A DNA stretch of 64,000 nucleotides from Selaginella moellendorffii (taxonomy: Eukaryota; Plantae; Lycopodiophyta), in NCBI RefSeq assembly GCF_000143415.4, contig NW_003314346.1, forward strand, positions 245,950-309,949, read 5' to 3'. Of this stretch, positions 10,860 through 23,343 are shown piece by piece (within the stretch, counting starts at the first letter, position 1; every line of letters begins with the position of its first letter). The notes under the pieces were generated by a model. It saw nothing but the letters and a program-made list of their open reading frames with translations. It did not search any database and had not been told where the DNA came from. The translations under genes were made by a program, and so were the position numbers.

Positions 10860-13800
10860 CAAGTGGGATAATGACAATTCCCACTTTAACGAAATAGAGC
10901 TTACTAGACAACAATACAATCCACAAAACCAAAGAGTCAATCAAACTCCTGCTGGAAGACCACCAGCAACACGAGTAGTTCAAGCAGAAGTTGATGTAGA
11001 AGATGAAGAACAACTAATGACTAAAGAACCAGAAATTTTGGTAATCACAAGAACACAATATGAATGTCAACAACTTGATAATTATGAAGAACAAGATGAA
11101 AGTGATCAAGCATTAGAAATCGAGAATACTGAGTGGAAAAACAGTAAGAAAATACTTAACACCATTCAACAAGAGCTTCAAAACAAAGATCCTGAAATTA
11201 GTAATGATCAAATATACAATTAAGACAACCAAACTCAAGTATTAAGCTTTACTCAAGATGAGCATACAACCATTGCCGAGCATATACTACAACAGGGAAT
11301 TACTTTAACCTTACAACAAATACTGCAAATAGCACTATATATGAAAAACTAAATCTTGAAAATATGTAATCGAAGGATCCTTGAAGCTTGCACACAAGAA
11401 AAACACCAATCTCAACAAATAAACAAGAACAAGTTGAAAGAATCCAACCCGGTGATTATGATGATAATGTACCTTGTATCAATATACACATCAATAAAAA
11501 TCATATTGAAAGAGCTATCCTTGATGGAGGTTGTAGGGTTAGTATCATCAAATATGCACTATGCAAAGCTTTAGGTCTGGGCAATATAAAAATTGCACCA
11601 TTCAATATACGCATGGCTGATCAAAGAGTTGTCAGACCAGCAGGCATCATCCATGATGTCTCTATGACAGTCAAAGGACATAAATTTAAAGTTAACTTTG
11701 TTGTGTTAAAAATGCCGATTGAAGAATCTTCTTACGAAATCTTGTTAGGCAGACCTTGGCTTAACAAAGCTGTTTCTGCACAGTATTGGATGGAACATGA
11801 GATATGTATCCAATCCCAACAAGGACAAACTAAAATATCAACATTGACAAGCAAGAAAATCTCAAGAAGTTTCCGACCAACACAAACTCAAGAATATAAT
11901 TGGGAAGAAGGCTTAGACAATCTTGAAGAAGCTAAATTATTTGAAGCATATTTTAAACTTAAGGCATATTCAAGAAATTGACCTCAACAGGATATTTCCT
12001 GTAACCAAGTATCAAGATTATGAAGATTCAAAACAACCCAATTTAAAGAAGACACATACAATAAAAACCACCATACAAAAAGCAAAACTAGTGATACAAC
12101 CAGCATAATTACAAACTACAAAATATCACATAGATATACAAGACGAACCAGCACTCACCACTGAAAATCAAGAATTCAAACTTCACATAAATCTCAATGA
12201 AGATATTGAAGAATTAAATCTAGGGGTTCCCTCAAACCCACAAAACGTCTTAATAGCTACACAACTCGACAAACCTTTTAAACTTGATGCTACTGCACTC
12301 TTTACTAAGTATAAAGATATCTTTGCTTAGTCATATAAAGACCTCAAGGGTATACCACCTAATTTATGTACACATCGAATCAAATTATTTCCAGGAATTC
12401 GACCCATTAAACAAACTGCTTACCAAATGAATCCAACATTCATTGAGAAGTAAAAGCTAAAATCAATAAACTCCTTGAAGCAGGATTTATATATCCAATA
12501 CAAAATGCTCAATGGCTATCACCTTTAGTCATTGTACCTAAAAAAAATGGGAAATTATGCATCTGTGTGAACTATAAAAAGTTAAATGATGCCACTACAA
12601 AAGATGCCTTTCCCATCCCATTTTCAGATGAAATACTTGATGCTGTACCCGGTCATGAGATGTACTCATTTCTTGATGGTTTTTCATGCTACAATCAAGT
12701 ACACATAGCTGTCGAAGATCAACATAAAATAGCTTTCATAAGTCCTTGGGGAGCATATGCATACATGTGAATGCCATTTGGATTAACTAATGCCCCATTT
12801 ACCTTTCAACGAATCATTACCGATACTTTCCAAGATTATCTCACAAATTTTATGCGAGTCTTTATGGATGATTTTAGTGCCTTTGGACCTAAAGACAAAC
12901 ACCTTGAATAACTCGAGAATGTTTTATCAAATGCAGACAAAACTAAGTTGCTCTTAATCCTAAAAAATGTACTTTCTTTGTTAAATTAGGAATCTTACTT
13001 GGCCACATTGTTTCCACTCAAGGCATTCAAATTGATAAAGTTAAAACCGACGTCATTATGAAAATGCAACCACCTCATGATCTCAAAAGTTTGCAAAGTT
13101 TTTTGGGCAAGATAGGTTACCATAGAAGATTTATCAAGGACTATGCTAAAGTCGCTAAACCATTAACTGATTTACTCAAGAAAGACAAATTTTATCACTC
13201 AACTCAAGAATGTCAACAAGCATTCTTGGTACTCAAAGAAAAACTTACACAAGCACCAATTCTGGTCCAACCAAACTGGACTCAAGAATTTTTCATACAA
13301 GTTGATGCCTTTGACTATGTGCTAGGAGCAATACTTTGCCAAAGAAAAGATCATCATCGTGATCACCCCATATATTATGCAAGTTGACGACTTTCTCCAC
13401 TTGAAATGAATTATACAACCACAGAAAAAGAAGCCTTAGGCATGATATATGCCTTGACCAAATTCTGACATTATTTACTTTCCAACAAAGTCAAAATATT
13501 TGTTGATCATCAAGCATTGATTCATCTACTCAACAAACACATCCTTAGCAGACGAATAGCAAGATGGTTTTTGTTATTACAAGAATTTAATTTTGAAATA
13601 GTTCACAAACCTAGCAAATACCACGAACAAGCTGATCATCTCAGCAAAATTACAACCGGAGAAAATATACAAGACCCCAATGATGACTTACCTGATTCAC
13701 ATCTTTTTAATATTACCACCCACGATACACTTCAAGAAATCTTTCATTATTTAACTACTACAAAAGTTCCTACATCATGTACAATGCAAGATCAAAGGTA

Positions 13801-13880
13801 ACAATTAATCTTGAGGACACAACAATACTTAGTCATCAGAGGAAGACTCTATAGATTTGGACGTGATAATATATTAAGCA
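10860..13880 (+). mobile_element. Degenerate Ty3/gypsy gag-pol fragment (element C): protease, RT, RNaseH
   Basis: AILDGG..SII / LLGRPWL protease; NYKKLNDAT, FLDGFSCYNQ, MPFGL, FMDDF RT; DAFDYVLGAIL, IARWFLLLQEFNF RNaseH; many stops. Confidence 0.9.
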
Positions 13881-14339
13881 TATATGCAAGCCAAGCACAC
13901 CATGCTAGAATTGACTACTAATGAAACCAATACCACTCACGTTGTCCACAAAACAAGTCCACAACAATTACAAACCACTCTACTCAAGCAAAGACTTAGT
14001 GAAAATGCAAGAACACTATATGAACGAAACAATAAAACAGAGTTAGCCCTAACCTTGATGGTGAGGAAGCACGTGTTGGAACATCACAAGGGTAAGCTTG
14101 AGCAAGCAAATCTTGAGATTACAAGTGCGCTAGAGAGTAATCGTCAGCTAGGCACTCTCACCCATCTCAAATGAGTGCATCAGATTCTCACAAACACACC
14201 AATCGAGAGAAACAAGAAGAAAGCAAGTAAAAAAGAGAGTGCCCAAAAAAGAACCAAGAATAGTGTGTTAGAAAGACCGCTCATATCATTTCCTCTATTT
14301 GCATCACAAGTGCAAGTGCATTCTCAACAGCACCGAAGA

Positions 14340-16200
14340 GTTGACAAAATGCAAACCAAGAAAGTACCCAAGACAGATACTGTCATCCTCTCTCAAAATC
14401 TGAGTGGGCAATTCAATGCCGATGTCAAGCGTTGGACTTGCGCTCATGGCCTCTTCAACTTTGCAGAACAAATGGCATCTCATGAATCAAGTGAGCAATG
14501 AGAAGGCTCACTTGATGGATCTTGCCATTGGCCAGGTTGAACTTGAAGATTCGGAGTTGGCAGCAGCTCTATATCTCCCAGCTAAAGGCGAGCCAGTCTC
14601 TGCTCCACGCACACAGGCTTTAAGTCACAACATCATGAAAGATCCTAAGAGCTACAACTCGGAGCTTAGTTTGCAAGTCTCCAATGTCAAGGATGAGCTC
14701 TACAAAATCTTCAAGTTCCTTGTTCTCAACCTGGAGTTCTGAAAGACTGCCATGACAGTGAGCAGATCCGTAGCCTTCATCTACAAGGATCTTCAAGCTC
14801 AGAAGTGAGTGGATTTAGCAGGATATGTGATCCCGAAGTCTCGTAGGGAACTTAAGAAGGTGGCAAGAGATTTCAACGCGAAGAAATGCGTAAGGACACT
14901 GATACTACCGTATATCTGAGCCATTGTCACACATAGAAGTCAAGCCATGGTGATCTACAGTCCACCACCTTTGCCTCTACAGCCAGCAGCCACAAAAAGT
15001 TCAAAATGCCAAGCTGAAGACCACTTGATGAACACCTAGAAGAAAAAGGTCCAGCGAAACACAGCAGCAACTTCACGAAGAAAGACATAGGGACAAGGCT
15101 GAAGAAACGTTGCACCTCCACAAATTGACAGTGATGACAGTGATGTGCAAACAATCTAGCACAAAGTGCCGAAACAACAACAACCAATGAGAACCTCTAG
15201 CTCCAAAACAAAATGGCAGCAGAGTTTGGCACCTACTCAGCCATCAATGAAGAGCTTGCAGCCTCCGAGCTCATCGCAGCTGGATTTGCCACCATCACCA
15301 TTGCATGAACCAGCACCATCTCCGTCTCCAGCAACCACAATTCCAGTGGATGATCACGTTTTGCTGATGCAGGATATTCTTGAAAATCCTAAGACTGTTA
15401 CAAATCCACCATCCGTTGTGCAGGAGCACAACACTTTCTACGAACCACCCACGCATCAGGAGCAGACCGCCAAGCAACACCAGCCTCAGCAGCAGCAGCC
15501 ACCACCATTGCAGCCCGTCAAGTAGCACCAACTTTCGCTGCCACAGCCTGTTGAGCAGCCGTCTCCACCACACAAGTGTGGTAAGGAGCAGCCATCTTTG
15601 CCGCAACAGCCAACCGAGCTACAGCAGCCAACAGAGCCGCACTAGACATTTGCTCCAGACACCACTACCAACGACATGAAGCCACCTCATTCAACAATGC
15701 AACGCCAATTTCATCACAAGCACATGAGCAACAAGTGCCACCACTACTATCTAGAGCAGTAGGAGCATCATCATTAGGAGCAGCAGCAACCGAAAGTGAT
15801 CTATCCCGTGCTTACAAACTTCTTGGAGCAGTACCATAACTCCAACATGGCGGTGTACACGCGGGATGGCATGGAGAGTTTCTTTCGCAATGTTTTTGCA
15901 CTCCCACACGAGGAGAAGATGGCGAGTATGGCTTAGGAACTTGATCAGGTAAAGGGAATCCTTCGCACTATACAGTCTCATGGACTCCTAACACCAAACA
16001 CCTGCCGAGAATCTTTCAAGTTAGCGCAGCAGTACCAACTCGAGAATGCCTGCCTCACCAAAGAAAACATGGAGCTCAAGGCCCAACTTCAAGTGCTCGA
16101 GACTGCCATTAAGAACTACACTCGTGACGAGCTCGAGGACTACGAGGAAGAACCAGAGGCTAACACCACAACTGCTACTACCACTACAATGGAAGCTTGA
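14340..16200 (+). pseudogene. Fragmented extra ORF (Pro/Gln-rich, coiled-coil tail) following element C pol
   Basis: Chain of frameshifted GC-richer ORFs; no recognisable domain. Confidence 0.35.
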
Positions 16201-16599
16201 GTTGCAAGAGCTGCTCAACTTTAGTCATCAGAGAGTAGAGAGGTACATGCATTTTGCATTGTGATTTTCGCACAAAAGCATTTCCTGAGTTAAGAATTGA
16301 GATCAAGATTTCTCTTGGTCTAAATTCCTGACTTAGATGATTGGGCATGTATTGGTTATATAGGCTGGTGATAGCACACCAAACCTATCCCCTTTCTGTC
16401 TTTTATATTCTTGGCCATAATAACATACACTCCACTTGCTCAACATCTACTCTTTTCTTCCATGCCTATCTTACTCACTGCCTTTTGGGGATTAAGACTG
16501 TGAGATGTGCATCAATATTAGCATCAACATCTTTGCAACAACACATGGCTAAGTATTTATTTCCTTTTTATGTTTGGATTTAGTTTAGTTTAGAGAGGA

Positions 16600-16978
16600 T
16601 TCACAAGATCATTATAAAGGTGATTTTGTAGTTCTCCAATACCTCTCCAGATTTTACACAAATGGAGAATAGGGGAAAGGTATATTTAGCCTACAAGCAT
16701 ATCTATTACATTTTTATACAAGAATTAAATGAAGATCCTAAAGTCTATCAGGCAAGCTGTATAATTGTAGAGCTTGAGAAGTGTTTCTAGATTGCTTTTA
16801 ATGTTCAGATCTATATTTATATTTGTATTTTATTGGTTAAATTTACTTTGAAATATAGATTAAATCAAAATTTGAAAAATGAAAAGATGTTGGTTCGGGA
16901 CGAACCAATATTTTCCTTGTGTTTGAGACGTCGTGAGCTCAACTCGTGAACTCATGAGCTCAAAACCTACCTGAGCTT
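16600..16978 (+). mobile_element. Right-end fragment of the Mutator-like family (SWIM tail + terminus)
   Basis: Matches ~34900-35344 including GAGCTC repeats and ...AAAACCTACC terminus. Confidence 0.85.
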
Positions 16979-17493
16979 GGCCAGTATAAGCAAACTAGCT
17001 TTGGCACTTCGTGTGCATAGTGAAATCTTTAGTAATGGGGTAACTACTATCAACTAGTCACACATTTCTGTCGATGTTCCTTATTTAGTTGAAAGGGCAT
17101 GACTGTGTAAACAACTTTAATTGCCTATTTACTGTAGTCTATCTAAACCTTACTAATGAGTTTGGTTTCTTTGCTTAGGAGGGTTAAGGCCTCTGGTTGC
17201 TCTCTCTATATCCTTATGGGCAAAAGTGTATCATACTTTTGTAAGCTGGGTGATATCTAGAGTTGTAAGGGTGGTTAACTCCATTGGTCATTTCTTTGTC
17301 GGCGACGACCGAAAGGTGTTTGAGTTGGTAGCGCATCCATGTTACACAAATAAGTTACCTTAACTCATTTAAGTTGGTGCATTTCTCACATAATGTGATC
17401 ACTATGAATTTTTTCTAGAGTTGTTTCCTTGTTGGTGGTCTAGACTCGAGTATGCATCAACAAGGACGTCAATCTTCCCTAAGGGGGGAAGAG

Positions 17494-19035
17494 TGGCCGG
17501 AATATGACTCAGGTATAGAAAGTTACCTGTCAGCTAATCCTTTAAGATATTCTTTCCTTACTACTACAATGGTAGAAGGTTGGTATTGCTAAATCCTTTA
17601 TCAGTCTTTGCCTAAGATAGTTGAGAAATTGGTCATTACATGTGTACTTAGACCAGAAGGGCACTCAGGAAAGAAATCCTAAGTTATCATTTAGTCAAGC
17701 ATACTTGACACGATAATGAAAAACTCATGATGTTGACTTGCACTTGCTAGTGTTGGAAACTCCCATGATATTGAGCTTGGTCTCTCAATATTCGCTAAAT
17801 GATAGCTTACTGTGTCTACCAAACACCTCGCTATCATGCACTTTGTGTGTAACACACCTAAATTTGGAGCCAAACTCCAAGCCCATTGCACTACGAAACA
17901 AGGGTTTAGTACAATCCCACGAGCACCAGCTCCCTGTATCCAACACTAGCTCTCTGTATCCAACATCTGCACACAAAATTGTGTCAGACGATGTCTGGCA
18001 CAATTTTCGCATAGCGGTGGCCTAACGTGAGAAGGAAGGTACCCCACCGACTAGAGTAGCATGGAGCTTATGCTTATACCTAAGCCGGATGCAGAACAAG
18101 GAGCAATAGAGCCCAATGGAAGCCAAACTTATGTCTCAAGTGGTCGGACATGCGTTCCAACCGAGGTTTCCTCGTCGATGATGATCTGTGATCACAAGAC
18201 ATAAAGTGCAAATGGTTCATAAAAATGTGCAAAATCAGAATAGTGTAGCAAAGTATAACCTTGAAACTTGCTATAAGGCGAGGCTATCAAGGTTGGGTTC
18301 ATAGCCACCCCCCCTCCTTCCCACCCCTTGAGGAACACACACTTTGGGCTTTCACCCTAAGCCTCCCTTAATAGTAGGAGTTAGTCTCTTGGATAAGTTT
18401 GAAACTTACTAAATATGGAATATCTTTAAATTGCAAATTTGGACACGAGAACTTCATGTTCAGAACAATTTCTACATTCTGTAGATATGCCAAATGAGCA
18501 AATCTAGACACTTTCCATAAATAATATTTGGGACCAGAATGAGACTAACACAAAGGGCATGATAGCGAGGGTGTTTGGTAGATATAGTAAGCTATCATTT
18601 AACGAATATCAAAGGATCAATCTTAACATCGTGGGGGTTACAACTTAGGATTTCCTTCCTTAATGCCCTTCTGGTGTAAGTGTATATATGTTGACTAGTT
18701 TCTCAACTAGCTTGGGTGGAGACCATAAAGGAAACCAGCAGTACCAACCTCATACTATTGTGACAATAAGGAGAAAGTGTCTATAAGAACTGGTCAACAA
18801 ATATCTTTTGATACCCAAAGTCACATTTGCAACATTGTGTTAGAACCTATTTAGTCCCAAATGCTATTTATGAAAAGTGTCTACATTTGCTTATTTGGCA
18901 TATCTACAAAAAATAGAAATTGTTCTGAACACTATGGTGTTTGTTTTGTGCCCAAATTCGCAATCTAGTGACATTCCATATTTAGTAAGTTTTAAACTTG
19001 TCCCAGAGACTAACTCCTGGTACTAAGGTGTAAGC
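17494..19035 (+). repeat. Truncated 3' LTR (element-B-related family) preceded by PPT 17481-17493 and 3'UTR
   Basis: AAGGGGGGAAGAG-TG; similarity to 41263-41830. Confidence 0.75.
17848..18834 (-). mobile_element. Solo LTR (element-B-related family) inserted in reverse into another LTR
   Basis: TG...CA ends; 5-bp TSD TTGTG at 17843-17847 and 18835-18839; reverse-complement similarity to 41263-42162. Confidence 0.85.
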
Positions 19036-19059
19036 CACAAATTTTTCCTTTCCACAACT

Positions 19060-19860
19060 TTTAGTGAATTGCTTAAACCATTTCTCAAGTTTTAAGATTC
19101 CTTGAGACAGTGAATCAACACTTTCTTCATCAGGTGTATCAGCCAAGGCTATCATGTTGCAATAGACTTCTCGTAATCCTTGTATATAAGACAAACTCTT
19201 GCCTTTGTTGGTGATGAGATCCTTATATTTCATTGCCTGTAATTTAAATCGTCTAGTATAGTCTTGAATTCCTTCCTTTGGTCACTGTTTTATATTCTTA
19301 ATTTGCTCATAATGCTCCTCCGGTGTTCCTCCAACTGGGAATTGTTCCTTGAATTGTTCAAGTTTCTCGTCATGTGGTATAGAATCCTCTAGTGTATTAT
19401 ACCACTCAAGAACTTTTCCTTTAAGTGTGTATGGGAAAAGTATGGCTTGATGCTATTCTTGATTGTTTATTTTGAAAATCTGGTTGAATTGTTTTACATG
19501 TAATTCTGAATCTTCTGATTTACTTCCTATGAAAATTGGATATATAATAATGCTTTCAATTGTACTCATCAGGTTGATGATTGCCATTGGTGGTTGTAGA
19601 CTTTGTTGATTGAGTTGTTGTTCTAGTAAGTCCGGATTTGAGTAAAACTCTAGTGCTATGTATTCTGCTTCTTCAAATGCCTCAACCTTTGGGGCATCTT
19701 CAATATTTAATTCTTTGTTATCTTTGGCTGGGTTGCTCGTCTTGGCAACTTGAATTTGTTTATCCTCTTTATCGTACTTCTCTAATATTATTTCTAAAAT
19801 TTGTTGCTGTTGTTGTTCTAATTTCTCTTTTTCTATCTCTTCCTTTTTCACTTCTTGATT
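19060..19860 (-). pseudogene. Degenerate retrotransposon gag fragment
   Basis: PIFIGSKSEDSELHVKQF and FPYTLKGKVLEWY motifs on the minus strand. Confidence 0.6.
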
Positions 19861-20374
19861 ATTTTATCAAAGATCTCTTTCCTAGATCTTGATTGGGTCT
19901 GGTTTGTGTTTGTACATTCAGTTTGCTAAGTCTTCTCAACTTGAATATCAAGGTAAGTTTCCTGAATTTGTGTTTTGCCTAAATTGTCTTGAGTCAATTG
20001 TTGTTCTTCATAGATTGCAAAGTCAAGCTCTTACATCTTGAGTCGGTTGCAAGTTTTGATTCTTGCATAAATGCGAAGTCAAGCTCTTATGTCTTGAGTC
20101 TTTTGCAAGTTTTGTTTTGTAGTATAAATGCGAAGTCAAGCTCTTGTGTCTTGAGTCTTCAATCAAGTTTTTCTTTCTCGATTCTTCCCAAGTTTCTTCT
20201 CGAGGTCACTTTCCTGAGTCTAGCTCAAGAAAGGTCTTGTATTTGAAAAATCTGATGGTGTAAGTAAGCATAATTTTGTTTGTTGGAAGGAGGTCTGTTA
20301 TGTCATAAATTAATTAATATAGCTGTTCGCTAATAATATTGGATATTGCTCACCAACTTTGGGATCAAGCAAGT

Positions 20375-23343
20375 ATGCAATTCCATACTGGTTTAAATTA
20401 TAACCATTCCTTTTATAAGTTGCAGTGCAACTTGACTATAGTTATAGTTGAATTCAAAGTTCAAGATTTCCAAGCTTGGTCTAAGGAAGACCATGGTGGG
20501 AGTAGCGGTGTCCAAATCTAAGTAATGGTTGATCCTAATTCAAGTGTTAGCATGCAAGAGCCAGATGGTTCTAGAGAGCATGGAAATGCAGAACCTATCT
20601 ATAGCACAAGAGAAGCTATTGGTGGTAGTGCCATAGGGTGGGGCAGAACTTGGTGGTAGAAATGAGGCATCTGGTGCTATAGATGGTGGGGCAGATCTTG
20701 GTGGTGGAAATTGTGGACATGCTGCTGCTCCTAAAGGTCATAGAAATGAGTTGGTAATTGTGCTAGAGGCTGATATGATCTTGAATGAGCGAGTACGCGA
20801 GACTATTGTCTAGGCTCAAGAACGAACTATCAACAGGGTGTTAGGTGAAATGGCTTGGAAAGGATCTTAACATCTTTAGATTCCACTCTACCTTCTTAAG
20901 CAAAGTCACTGAGTGCGCTTAGTTTATGACCTCAACATGGCTATTTATACCTCTTTCACAGAGGTTGGGCATACAACTGGATCATTTATTGTGTCGCCAT
21001 CATTTGACGCAATAAAGACTAGTTGGATTGCATTGTAGAGATATGCTCTCATGGCAGTAAGTTAGTCCTTTTTTATCTTTCTCATTCCATTTTGAAATCC
21101 TTGTTCTTGTAGGAAATGGTAAAGCACCTGAAGAATTGATCTATAACATCGCAAAAAGCAAGCTCTCCTTCAACGAACAAACCTCTTGCTTGGAGTTCCT
21201 CAACACTTTGGCATTGTAATAATAATAAGAGGTTGGAGAGCAATCTTGAGAATGTGATGAAGGAGAAGCTCTATATCACTCAGAGTATTGCGGCTACTAA
21301 GGAGCTACTTCAAGTATAGGATACAAAGTTCCTTACTAGTGCCCGCACTGGCATAACACTTCTAGAATATGTCCAAGCTTCCCTTCAAGAGCTTGGGGAT
21401 GGATGACTTTCTGATGGCAGCTCAAGCTCCATGGATTTTCTTTCGCCACATGGCATATAGGTATATTGCAAGAAATTGACTTGGTTATTTAATCATGGCT
21501 CTTTTGTAGGTATTTAAATCATTGCCCAGGTGCTCTAGTGTACAAAGCAAGTGTTTTTCTTAAGCTCTTAACTGGTGGGAAGAAATTTGGCATGTATGAG
21601 CTAAAGTTCTATTGTCCCATTGCACGGGAGCGAGAACTTTGTATATGGTACTTGGAGTTGTGGAAGCAAATGCCATCATCACCTTTTGAGCTTGATCTCT
21701 ACCTCAAGTGTCATCTAGGTTTGATGAGTAAAACTTCCTAGCAATAATTTATGTTTCTACTTTATTGTAGAGGCACTTTTGGAGGGAGTGGAGATGCCTC
21801 AAAACAAGGATGAAATTCATATTAAGCAAACCAAAGATGACCAAGTGGAGAACCCGGCTGAAAACTCTCTTGCCCCATCTCATCCCATAGCAGCTGCTCC
21901 TTCCCCAAATCCTATTGCCGCTGCTTGTCCAATCCCGACTACTCGAAATGTACGAAGGCAACTCCATTATGAGGATGTCCAAGAGAGTAAGAATTTGATT
22001 TCCAATGATTTTGCTTATTATAATTTGGTTGTAAATGTCGGAGAAACCAGCTAGCACTCTATACGTCGACATACAAATGCATTCTTTCCATCCCTCCCCA
22101 TTGCTACAGAGGATGACCTCCAAGAGTTATCTTCATCAGCTTCACATAAACAGGTATGAAAGAAGACATGTATTAACTTTAATATTTCCCGGTTTTGAAC
22201 ACTATTCAGGTTCCCCCTCTTTCTCCTATGGGAAGTGTTGGCAATGTGGAAATAGTTATTGGGGACTACTTTCAACTTTCCAACAACGTGAGTTGAGAGT
22301 CTTTTATGTTCCATAGATGGATGCGAGGATTGGGAATGAATAATACATTCAGCATCAACCTCGCATTCTTTGACTTGCCTAATGGGTTACCACCTGTAAA
22401 AGGTAACACTCCATCCTAGAACATCTTTCGACCGGACTATATTTCTCAAGTAGTGGATGTGGCATCTAAGGTGTTGCAATATGAGGGTATTACGCTAGTC
22501 ATTCTTCCCCGTTCTTTATTTTGGGGAGGTCTTCTTGCAACGATGGTGGAGAATGATGACTCTAGATTGGTTCAGTTTACATAAGGTTGCCTACTCTGAA
22601 ACATCCCGAGCTGATATGAGCTGATGAGCATGCAAGTTTGGCATTGCCAAAATATGATAACTCAATAGATATCATCCCGAATGTCATCGACGAGGACCAT
22701 CATATAAAGTTCCCTGACTATCGATACCATTCACCAAAGGCTATGCAAATCCTTTTAGAGTTGTTTTGTCCTCCTAAGGGGATTGTGCTTGATGCTACAA
22801 TTTTGGTTCGATGGTGCTAGGGACTAAAGAGACTAGCCATGTAGTTTTTACACTAGAGAAGGAGAGTGCATTTAAAGGTGTTCTTGGGACATTTCATAAT
22901 AGGTGATAATAAAGTATAAATTTCTCATAATAGTAATTCCATTATGGTTGTGCATATTAGATGGATCTATGATGTGGGTTATAATTTGCCATATTATGCA
23001 GAAGCATTGGCACAAGATTATATACAACAAGAGCCCACAGTTAAAGAGCATAATACTATACAAACTCCTCCTATTGTGGATGTGGATGTTGAGGAAGACT
23101 AAGTTTAGATTTTTTTTTAGTCAAATTTTTTAGTGGTAATATAGAGTTTCTTCTTTGACTTATGATATTTATTTTCTTATTAGACTTATATTATTTAGCT
23201 TTTTCTTATGTTTTAAGATTTGAATAGAATTGTTGGTTTGTCTTGAACCAATCATTTAAACATCAACTTTTGTATTTGGTGGATTATATTGACTTTCATT
23301 GACTTTCATTGACTTGAGCTCAACTCAAAAACTACCCAGCCCC
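20375..23343 (-). mobile_element. Internally deleted/rearranged Mutator-like copy 2 (cargo MTase gene on + strand, left terminus at 23343)
   Basis: Terminus ...GAGCTCAACTCAAAAACTACCCAGCCCC is the reverse complement of 26136 onward; cargo motifs FFDLPNG and LLELFCPPKGIVLDAT. Confidence 0.85.
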
